Source of the DNA: an uncultured Acidobacteriota bacterium
GTDB lineage: Bacteria; Acidobacteriota; Thermoanaerobaculia; Gp7-AA8
Length of the DNA stretch: 64,000 nucleotides
Direction: 5' to 3'
NCBI GenBank assembly: GCA_963741955.1
Contig: CAVUKB010000004.1
Span: 192,001 to 256,000, forward strand
Shown here: in pieces, positions 56,193-64,000 of the stretch
How positions within the stretch are numbered: position 1 is the stretch's first letter
Layout of the letters: every line of letters begins with the position of its first letter
Notes under the pieces: model-generated
The model's input: the letters and a program-made list of their open reading frames with translations, nothing else
The model's database searches: none
What the model was told of the DNA's origin: nothing
Translations under genes and position numbers: made by a program

Positions 56193-57813
56193 CGCTGCGT
56201 CGACGCGGCGGCGCCGGACGCCACTCGTACGCGCCGATGTCGGGGAGGGCGTCGCGCGGCGCTCCCGCGAAGTCGATGCGTGGCGCTCCTTCCGTCGTAC
56301 CGGCGTTGATTGCGGGACTCGACGCGAGCAGGCGCGCGTCGAATGAGCTCGCGCCCGGTCCGACCAATCCGGGAGGTGCGCCGCAGATCGCATGCGAGCC
56401 CGGGCATGCGTCATCCTTCACTCCGTACACCAGGACGAAGGCGACGTCGAACGGATCGTGTGGAAAGGTCTCCTGATACATCACGCAGGAGCGGTCGGTC
56501 GGGTCGAGAAACTCCTGTTCGCCGATGAGGATGTCGTTTCGGAGCACCACCCCCTCCGACCCGTTGCACTGGCTGAGCTCAGAACAACCCGCGAGGACGA
56601 CGCAATCGCCTTCGCTGGTGACCGTCGAATTGACGACCGAGACGCGATCGCCTTTCCACAGATCGAGCGAGAGCGTGTTCCCGACAGCTCTGCAGGGATC
56701 CACGTTGAATGTGAAGGGCTGACCCTCGAAGAATCCGCAGTTCCCGACTGCGATGACGTTCTCGAGGATGGCCGGGCCCGATGTCTTGATCTGGTTTCCC
56801 GCATTCCCTTCCGCGATCGTTCTTCGAATCTCGATGGATGACCCAGGGCGGGCGTAGAGAAGGTCGAGTCCATCGGATGTGTTGTGGAGGAACGCCGACT
56901 CCTCGATGATCCAGTGTCCCTGGGTTGCGCCGGTACCGACGCCGTCGCCGTAGCCACCGGCGGTTTGGGCCCAGCATTCGACCGGCTGCCTCCCTGGCCA
57001 CGTCTCGCCGCAGCCGTTCCATTCGACCGTCCACCTCGTAAAGCGGAGAGTCCCTGAGTTCGAGTCGTCGCCGTCGATGTCCCCGTCCCATCCCGACCAG
57101 CCGTTCGCGGCGATCCGGACGTTCTCGACTGTCCAGTCCTTCAATCGTCCCGCGTGGACTCCCGTCCCCGCCAGTCCGTGAATGTCGAGGTCTTTGAGCG
57201 TGACATTCGATGAATCGGCGGCGTAGATGCGGCGCACCGCCCACGGGCCGAATGGCGGCGCGTCCCTCTCGCAGGTGATGGGGCCGCTGTGCGATTCGAC
57301 GCAGCCGGAGTGGTCGGTGACCTCGAGACACGCGATCTCGACGTTGCTCGACCCGTCGAGGTTCAGCACCGTGTCGACTCGCTCGGTTCCCCAGAGCTCC
57401 GGTTTCCTCACGCAGCCGCTCGATTCTCGGCGGCCGACGATCCGCGTCGGATGCGTTTCGTCCGGTCCGCTCGGGATCGGCGGCATCAGGCACGCGAATG
57501 CTCCCTCCGGCTCGCAGTTTCCCGTCTCCGGCGCTCCGATACCGATCATGTAGGAGCCGTCCGAGATGATCAGCGTGTCGCCTCCTGCGATTCGAATCGT
57601 TCCTTCGGGCGGCAGGGCACGGAACGGATGATCCCACGCGCACGCCTGAGCGGTGCCCGCTCCAGGATAAGGAGCATCAGCGAGACCGGTGCACTGTTCG
57701 GCGGAGCCGCCATCGGTGCGGACGTAGTAAGTCGCGGCGGATGCTGCAGTCGCGACGAAGATCGAGAGTGCGAACAACAGGCGAATGCGTGGTGAGAAAG
57801 CGCGCGAGAACAT
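56179..57813 (-). CDS. Secreted right-handed beta-helix protein (pectin-lyase-like, choice-of-anchor Q-like end)
   Basis: Signal peptide, ATYYV, GGDTL, beta-helix repeats, SPAINAG..DIGAYE, terminal PPRRRSVTHP. Confidence 0.8.
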   Translation of the reverse strand: MFSRAFSPRIRLLFALSIFVATAASAATYYVRTDGGSAEQCTGLADAPYPGAGTAQACAWDHPFRALPPEGTIRIAGGDTLIISDGSYMIGIGAPETGNCEPEGAFACLMPPIPSGPDETHPTRIVGRRESSGCVRKPELWGTERVDTVLNLDGSSNVEIACLEVTDHSGCVESHSGPITCERDAPPFGPWAVRRIYAADSSNVTLKDLDIHGLAGTGVHAGRLKDWTVENVRIAANGWSGWDGDIDGDDSNSGTLRFTRWTVEWNGCGETWPGRQPVECWAQTAGGYGDGVGTGATQGHWIIEESAFLHNTSDGLDLLYARPGSSIEIRRTIAEGNAGNQIKTSGPAILENVIAVGNCGFFEGQPFTFNVDPCRAVGNTLSLDLWKGDRVSVVNSTVTSEGDCVVLAGCSELSQCNGSEGVVLRNDILIGEQEFLDPTDRSCVMYQETFPHDPFDVAFVLVYGVKDDACPGSHAICGAPPGLVGPGASSFDARLLASSPAINAGTTEGAPRIDFAGAPRDALPDIGAYEWRPAPPRRRSVTHP

Positions 57814-58110
57814 GTCCCACCTCCGGTGTGAATCGTTCGAACGAAGAACAACCTATGTCGGTAGCGCGGCGGAAGCAAAGGGCGGAGGTTGTGATCGGAT
57901 CTCGGACTTGGAGAGTACGAACTTGTCTACGACCTTTCCGGTGGGATGGGGATCTCGATCTTCCGTGCGCCTCCAGGCCCGAACTTCGTCCGAATCGGAT
58001 GCCCGTGGACTGACGCGCACGGCAACACGAGGTGACGCCCTTAGGGCTGATTCGATTGCGACGTTGGCGTCGAGAACCAGGTACTCTTCGATCCGAGATC
58101 CGAAATCGCC

Positions 58111-60042
58111 TCACGCGTTTCCGATGTGCGGATTCTGCTCCGGATGGCCGAACTCGAGGCCCCATCGCGAATGCTCCAGCCAGTCGACGAGGCCATCGGC
58201 GGGAACGGGTCTGCTGAGATAGTAGCCTTGCGCCATATCGCATCCCCAGTCGAGAAGGCGCATCCACGCTTCCCGCGTTTCCACCCCCTCCGCGACCACC
58301 TGCCGCCCGAGGTTGTGTGCGAGATCGATGGTGGCCCGGACGATCGCCGCGTCACTCTCGCTCTCCTCCATCCCCATGACGAACGACTTGTCGATCTTGA
58401 TCTCGTCGAAAGGGATCTGGCGCAACGTGGTGAGGGAGGAAAAGCCGGTCCCGAAGTCGTCGAGTGAGAGGCTGACGCCGAAGGTCTTGAGCAGAGAAAG
58501 GACCGCCTGCGCGCGTGGCGGGTCGGCCATCAGGCTGCTCTCCGTGATCTCGATCTTGAGCGACTCCGGTTCGAGATTCCACCGCTCGACGAGCCCGACC
58601 ACCATGTCCGGGAGCGAAGGATCCTGAAGGCTCTCCGGAGAGAGGTTGACCGCGACGTTCATCGGCAGTCCCTTGTCGCGCCACTCCCGGCACTGGCGGA
58701 GAGCCGCGTTCATCACCCACCAGGTGACGGGGCGGATCAGTCGCATCTTCTCCGCGACCGGGATGAACTGATCGGGATAGATCATTCCGCGCTGTGGATG
58801 CTGCCATCGCACCAGCACCTCGGCACGAGTGGCGACGCCGGTCTTCATGCGGACCTTCGGCTGGTAGTGCAGAACGAGCTCCGACTGCTCGATCGCACGG
58901 CGAAGCTCGGTCGCGAGCTCGAGATAGCCCGACGGGCCACTCTCCTGGTCGGGCGAATAGACTGCCAGTCCGGTGCGGCTCTGCTTGGCGCGGTACATCG
59001 CCATGTCCGCACACCGGAGGAGTGACGCCGCGTCCGTCGCGTGTGCAGGCGATACGGCGATGCCGAGACTCGCGCTTATGGGAAGTTTTCTGCCATCGAG
59101 AATGAAGGGAGTGTCGAGAGTCTTGAGCAGCTTGGTCGCGACTTCCATTGCGGAATCGGCATCGACGACCTGTGGAAGGAGTACCGCGAACTCGTCGCCT
59201 CCCACCCGTGCGATCGTGTCCGACTTCCGGATGATGCCGCGCAGACGCATTCCGACCTGCCGCAGGAGGAGATCGCCCTGCTGGTATCCGAGCTCATCGT
59301 TCACTTCCTTGAAGCGATCGAGATCGAGGACCATCAGTGCAACCGGAATGAGCGTTCTGGGCTGCGAGATCACCGCTCGTTCCAGACGGTCGAAAAAGAG
59401 TATTCGATTGGGAAGGCCGGTCACCTGATCGTGATGCGCCTGATGTTCGAGCGCGAGCATCCGCTCCGCCCGTTCGCCTGCGTTTCGAATGAAGACCACC
59501 CAATGACTCAGGACCTGACCCCCGTCACGGATCGGAGAGGCTTCGATCTCCACCGGGAGCTCCCGTTCGGTACCGTCGAACAGGCGCGACTCTCCCCGGA
59601 AGGGAATCGCGTAAAAGAGGCTCTGCATCAGTTTCTCGTAAGCCGAGCCCTCCTGGGCGAAGCAGAGCGAGTCGAGAGTCTGGGCGATCACTTCCTCCCG
59701 CCGCAGTCCAGACATCCGGAGGAAGGCGTCGTTCACCCAGGCGATTCGCGGCCCTTCGCGCTCGACTGCCGGAGTGAGGATCAGGATGCCGTCCGTGGCG
59801 CTCTGGACCGCGCTCCCGAGGAGTCGAAGCTGCTCGAGTGCGAGCCGGAGTGTGGAGATCTGACGCTGGAGCTCACTGTTGCTCAACAGAAGCCGGTTCG
59901 TGGCGAGATCCTGAGAGGGTGAACCGTTCGCCGCCGCAGGAGCAGTCGCGGTGAGCGCGATGTGCTTCCACTTGTCGAGCTCGGCCGTCAATTGCTCGAG
60001 CTGACTCTTGAGCAGATCAATGGATGGTTGAACTTGCGTCAT
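58111..60042 (-). CDS. Coiled-coil-PAS-GGDEF-EAL c-di-GMP signalling protein
   Basis: TGLPNR, DLDRFK, GGDEF, YQP, EVL, EITE, DDFGTG, KIDKSF, AEGVE. Confidence 0.95.
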   Translation of the reverse strand: MTQVQPSIDLLKSQLEQLTAELDKWKHIALTATAPAAANGSPSQDLATNRLLLSNSELQRQISTLRLALEQLRLLGSAVQSATDGILILTPAVEREGPRIAWVNDAFLRMSGLRREEVIAQTLDSLCFAQEGSAYEKLMQSLFYAIPFRGESRLFDGTERELPVEIEASPIRDGGQVLSHWVVFIRNAGERAERMLALEHQAHHDQVTGLPNRILFFDRLERAVISQPRTLIPVALMVLDLDRFKEVNDELGYQQGDLLLRQVGMRLRGIIRKSDTIARVGGDEFAVLLPQVVDADSAMEVATKLLKTLDTPFILDGRKLPISASLGIAVSPAHATDAASLLRCADMAMYRAKQSRTGLAVYSPDQESGPSGYLELATELRRAIEQSELVLHYQPKVRMKTGVATRAEVLVRWQHPQRGMIYPDQFIPVAEKMRLIRPVTWWVMNAALRQCREWRDKGLPMNVAVNLSPESLQDPSLPDMVVGLVERWNLEPESLKIEITESSLMADPPRAQAVLSLLKTFGVSLSLDDFGTGFSSLTTLRQIPFDEIKIDKSFVMGMEESESDAAIVRATIDLAHNLGRQVVAEGVETREAWMRLLDWGCDMAQGYYLSRPVPADGLVDWLEHSRWGLEFGHPEQNPHIGNA

Positions 60043-60215
60043 GCGGTTCGACAGGGGGGCGCTTCGGCCTTTGAGTCAACCCGGCCAGTGTAGAACAAAA
60101 GTGCAGAATCCGCTTCCGCAAATTTCGACACCCATCCGCGCATCACAAGCGTCCTTCCTCCCTGTGAGAAGAACGGGTCGGCGGCTCCTGCAGGTTTGGA
60201 TTGAGAGGGTTCGCG

Positions 60216-60665
60216 TCAGACGCGACTGGTGATCTTCCGGAAGAGGTCGAGGAGCTGCTCACGCTCGTGCGGATCGAGCGGCTCGAGCATCGCCGTACCG
60301 AGGGACGCCCGTTCTTCGCCGATTTTCTGGTGAAGGTGGCGACCGCGGGTGGTGAGCTCGACCAGAACGGTCCTCCGGTTCTCCTGGGGACGGAACCGTT
60401 CGACCAGGCCTCGCTCGACCAGACGGTCCACGATGCCGGTGCTGCTGCTGCAGGCGAGATCGAGCTGCGAGGAGAGCTCGCTCATCGACGTGCGGCCGTG
60501 GCCGGCGATGAAACGCAGCAGAAGGGCCTCGCTCCTGCTCAGATCGATCTTCTTCTCCAACTGCAGGAACCGGCTGCCGAGAGTCTCGATGTGACTCATC
60601 AGCTCGCGCGCTTTCAATGCGAGCTCCGATTCCTGTTCGATGGTGGATGCCTTCTGCCTCGACAT
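60216..60665 (-). CDS. MarR family transcriptional regulator
   Basis: SMSELS, TGIVDRLVERGLVER, NRR..VELT..G; divergent from the efflux operon. Confidence 0.92.
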   Translation of the reverse strand: MSRQKASTIEQESELALKARELMSHIETLGSRFLQLEKKIDLSRSEALLLRFIAGHGRTSMSELSSQLDLACSSSTGIVDRLVERGLVERFRPQENRRTVLVELTTRGRHLHQKIGEERASLGTAMLEPLDPHEREQLLDLFRKITSRV

Positions 60666-60750
60666 TGGTCTGTGACTCGTCCCTGAAGATGACAATCCTG
60701 AAAGGCTGCGGATTGTGCATCCGATTCCGCGCCGGTGACTCGAAGAAAAA

Positions 60751-60781
60751 ATTCGGAACGCGAATAATTCCGCCTTCGAAG
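60751..60781. promoter_or_regulatory. Candidate MarR operator ATTCG-N5-CGAAT with degenerate second copy
   Basis: Palindrome at 60751-60765 in the AT-rich divergent intergenic region. Confidence 0.45.
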
Positions 60782-60847
60782 TGTTTGGATGGAGACCGGT
60801 CGTTCTGGCCGGACAGGCAACCCAGGAATTCGGAGGCTCATCCAGAG

Positions 60848-62188
60848 GTGAGTTCGATCTCTCTACATTCCAGGGTGGGCCGCGTTCTCTTCGCGGCCGC
60901 CCTCGCATCCGTCGCATTCTCGTTCACGGCCATCGCCGCGGAGCCACCGTTGTCTCTGACGCTGCCGGAGGCGGTTCGGATGGCGCTCGACGAGGGTGCG
61001 AACGCACGCCTCGCCCGCACGCGCCAGGAGCGCGCGGAAGTCGGGAAGCGGGAAGCGCTTCAGGGCCTGATGCCTCAGGTATCCGGGAGTCTGATGCGCT
61101 ACAGCGAATCGATCAATCTGCAGACGTTCGGATTCGCCACTCCGGGAGAACCTCCGGTGGTCGGCCCGTTCGACGTGTCGGACGCCCAGCTCAACGCAGC
61201 GATGCAGCTGTTCAACCTCGCGGCGATCCGCCGATACCAGGCGCTGCGGACGAATGCCGTGGCCAGCAAGTACCAGCTCGAGCAGACGAGAGAGGACGTG
61301 GTCGCCGCGGTCGCGCGCCTCTACGTACTGGTTCAGAAAGCCGACGCGCAGGTCGCTACGCGCCAATCCGAGGTCTCCCTCTTCGAGACTCTGCTGAAGG
61401 TCGCCCGGGACGAGTTCCAGGCGGGGACCGGAACGAAGCTCGACGTCGCGCAGGCGAACGTTCAGCTCTCTCGCGCAAAGCAGGGACTTCTGGTCGCGGA
61501 GAGCGCGCGTGACACGGCCAAGCTCGCGCTTCTCGGTGCACTCGGTGCAGACGAAGGACGGGAGATCGTCCTGACCGACTCGTTGCCCGAAGCGGGGACG
61601 GTTCCGGAGATCGACGCGGCGCTCGAGACCGCGCGGAGCCGCCGTCCGGAGCTGAAGGAAGTCGACACGCAGGTAGCCGCGGCGAAGCTCCAGGTCGAAG
61701 CGATGCAGTCGAGGCGTCTGCCGAGTCTCGCGGTGCAGTACACCGGTGACTACAGTGGCAATACCACCAGTGAGATGTTCGGCACGCGAAGGATCGCGGG
61801 AGTGGTGTCGGTGCCGCTGTTCGACGCGCAGGTCAACGCGAAGATCGCCACGGCGAAGCTCGACCTGCAGGACGTGAAGGTGCAGGCGGAGGAAGTGGGG
61901 CGTCAGGTCGAACGACAGGTCCGCGGCTCACTGATGTCTCTACGCAATGCGCAGACCCGTGTCGAGGTGGCCGCCGAGACTGTGAAGGTGGCGGACGAGG
62001 CACTGACCATCGCACGCGACCGCCGCGCGGCGGGCTACGGCTCGAGCGTGGAGGTCGATCGAGCGCAGGAGAGCTACGCACAGGCCCACGAGGATCTGAT
62101 CTCCGCCCGCGCCGACGCGGCAATGGCGATGTATGAGCTGCAGCACGCCACGGGCGAGATCGGACTGCTTCAGGAGGGCTCGCATTGA
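60848..62188 (+). CDS. TolC-family outer membrane efflux protein
   Basis: Signal peptide, LTLPEAV, two OEP repeats (GTGTKLDVAQA; GYGSSVEV). Confidence 0.9.
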   Translation: MSSISLHSRVGRVLFAAALASVAFSFTAIAAEPPLSLTLPEAVRMALDEGANARLARTRQERAEVGKREALQGLMPQVSGSLMRYSESINLQTFGFATPGEPPVVGPFDVSDAQLNAAMQLFNLAAIRRYQALRTNAVASKYQLEQTREDVVAAVARLYVLVQKADAQVATRQSEVSLFETLLKVARDEFQAGTGTKLDVAQANVQLSRAKQGLLVAESARDTAKLALLGALGADEGREIVLTDSLPEAGTVPEIDAALETARSRRPELKEVDTQVAAAKLQVEAMQSRRLPSLAVQYTGDYSGNTTSEMFGTRRIAGVVSVPLFDAQVNAKIATAKLDLQDVKVQAEEVGRQVERQVRGSLMSLRNAQTRVEVAAETVKVADEALTIARDRRAAGYGSSVEVDRAQESYAQAHEDLISARADAAMAMYELQHATGEIGLLQEGSH

Positions 62189-63792
62189 GCGCTCCAGCAA
62201 CACCGGCCGCTCCGGCGGGCCGCAAACCGGTCAACAAGTGGGTGGTCACGCTCTCGGTGACCTTCGGCACGCTGATGGGGGCGATCGATGCGTCGATCGT
62301 CAACGTCGCCGTCCCTCATCTGTCCGGCTCTCTCGGTGTCACGTATCAGGAAGTGACCTGGGTGATGACCGGATTCGTCATCGCCACGGTCATGGTCATG
62401 CCGCTGACCGGATTTCTTTCCCGCATGTTCGGACAGAAGCGTCTTTACATGTTCTGTCTCGGGCTGTTCGTACTGGGATCGGCCCTCTGCGGCTTCTCAC
62501 ACACTCTCCCAACTCTGGTGTTCTTCCGGATCATTCAGGGGTTGGGCGCCGGTGCGCTCCAGCCGACCGAGCAGGCGATTCTCCGTCAGACCTTCCCCCT
62601 CGAGGAGCAGGGAATGGCGATGGCGGTCTTCGGAATGGCGGTGGTTCTCGGTCCGGCGTTCGGACCGACTCTCGGCGGGTGGATCGTCGACAATTACAGC
62701 TGGCCCTGGATGTTTTTCATCAACGTTCCGATCGGTCTGGTCTCGCTCCTGATGGTCTCGCGGTTCGTCCATGAACCGGAGGACGTGCGGGAACACAACC
62801 ATTCCATGGCCGAACAGCAGAAGAAGAACATGGACTGGACCGGAATCGGCCTGATGGCGATCGGGATCGGATCGCTCCAGTTCGTCCTGGAGGAAGGCAA
62901 CCGGAACGACTGGTTCCAGTCGCCGATGATCCGGGTTCTGGCGTTGGTGACGGTGGTGGCGCTCGTTGCGCTGCTGATCCGCGAGCTGAGTGCGAAGATC
63001 CCGGCCATCGACCTCTCGCTGTTCAAAGACGTGGTGTTCATGTCCGGGACACTCATCGGTTCCGTGATGTTCGCCATGCTGATGTCGGTGACGTTCCTTC
63101 TACCGTTGTACATGCAGACGCTTCTGGGGTTCTCGGCGACGCAGTCGGGACTGGCCCTCATGCCGCGAGCTCTGGTCATGCTCCTGGTGATGCCGATCGT
63201 CGGAAGGATCTACAACCACGTTTCGCCGCGGCTGATCATTGCGATCGGAATCCTGCTGTTCGGCTATTCGGCGTGGCTGATGGGGCATTACACACTGAAC
63301 ACCACGGCATTCGGCGTGGTACACGTGCTGATCATCCAGGGGATCGCCTTTAGCTGTCTCTTCATTCCGCTCACGACGCTCGCGCTCAGTTCGATTCCGC
63401 GGCACCGGATGGCCGATGCAACCGGATTGAACTCCCTCTTCCGTCAGGTCGGCGGCTCGATCGGACTGGCGGTCTTCGCCACCATGCTCTCGCGATTCTC
63501 GACCCAGGCGCGGGGTTCGATGCTGGCGAATCTCTCGATGACCAGTCCGGCCATGTCGGCACGGTTCGAAGGACTGCGGCACATGCTGGCAGCGCACGGC
63601 TACGATGCGGCTTCGGCGTACCAGACGGCGGCCCGGCTCATCGATTTCATGATCCGGCGACAGGCGATGGTTCTCTCGTTCGAGAAACTGTTCATGGTCG
63701 CGGGAATCAGTTTCCTTTGTGTCCTTCCTCTCGTCTTCCTCCTGCGGGGAGGAAACAAGACGGAACCTGTCGAAGTTCATGTGGAGATCTGA
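62185..63792 (+). CDS. emrB: DHA2/EmrB-QacA MFS efflux permease
   Basis: IDASIVNVA, RIIQGLGAG, GPTLGGWI..WPWMFFINVPIG; many TM helices. Confidence 0.92.
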   Translation: MSAPATPAAPAGRKPVNKWVVTLSVTFGTLMGAIDASIVNVAVPHLSGSLGVTYQEVTWVMTGFVIATVMVMPLTGFLSRMFGQKRLYMFCLGLFVLGSALCGFSHTLPTLVFFRIIQGLGAGALQPTEQAILRQTFPLEEQGMAMAVFGMAVVLGPAFGPTLGGWIVDNYSWPWMFFINVPIGLVSLLMVSRFVHEPEDVREHNHSMAEQQKKNMDWTGIGLMAIGIGSLQFVLEEGNRNDWFQSPMIRVLALVTVVALVALLIRELSAKIPAIDLSLFKDVVFMSGTLIGSVMFAMLMSVTFLLPLYMQTLLGFSATQSGLALMPRALVMLLVMPIVGRIYNHVSPRLIIAIGILLFGYSAWLMGHYTLNTTAFGVVHVLIIQGIAFSCLFIPLTTLALSSIPRHRMADATGLNSLFRQVGGSIGLAVFATMLSRFSTQARGSMLANLSMTSPAMSARFEGLRHMLAAHGYDAASAYQTAARLIDFMIRRQAMVLSFEKLFMVAGISFLCVLPLVFLLRGGNKTEPVEVHVEI

Positions 63793-64000
63793 ATGCAGCA
63801 GCAAGTGAAGGAAGTCATGCTCGAAGAATCCGAGTCGTCCCCCAAGATCGCGACGCCGGCAGCGAAGCTGCGAAAGCCCGTGCTGAGCAGGCAGAAGGCG
63901 CGCCGCCTCTATTTCGGATTGGGAATCGTGGTCGCTCTTCTTCTGATCGGTTACGCCGTGTACCGGATCTTTCTGGCCGGGACGGAAACGACGGATGACG
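63793..64000 (+). CDS. emrA: EmrA/HlyD membrane fusion protein, 5' part (runs off the window)
   Basis: ATG directly after the emrB stop; TM segment then ETTDD, as at the start of EmrA (xTDDA); absent from the ORF track. Confidence 0.8.
   Translation, partial: MQQQVKEVMLEESESSPKIATPAAKLRKPVLSRQKARRLYFGLGIVVALLLIGYAVYRIFLAGTETTDD

Noticed and set aside
57814-58110. c-di-GMP riboswitch between the GGDEF-EAL and beta-helix genes
   Set aside because: No recognisable class I or class II consensus by eye

Overview
GC-rich, GATC/TCGA-rich bacterial chromosome segment. The protein repertoire and Arg-rich terminal motifs suggest Acidobacteriota, probably Thermoanaerobaculia (inference). It holds about 45 CDSs: otsAB, MocR regulator with an FMN-binding protein, PAS kinase, ettA, alpha-2-macroglobulin, ppc, MutS-like protein, VIT1, hrpB, a large secreted BNR/FN3 protein, pheA, GGDEF-EAL and a MarR-controlled TolC/EmrB/EmrA pump. 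I recognised no rRNA, tRNA, CRISPR array or intact transposase. Main points: (1) a six-gene operon (degenerate HD protein, PrpD, fungal-type homoaconitase, beta-decarboxylating dehydrogenase, CitD-CitE fusion that appears to lack the prosthetic-group serine, CitF; no citC/G/X) that looks like a non-canonical tricarboxylate pathway; (2) a thioredoxin-NHL gene missed by the ORF track, with an in-frame TGA in the redox motif (C-U-I-N-C) and a SECIS-like hairpin, so a probable selenoprotein; (3) two related REPIN-like tandem arrays, MITE-like hairpins and heptamer arrays; (4) a possible lineage-specific RRxxVxx sorting motif on secreted proteins. All family assignments come from motif recognition, not database searches.
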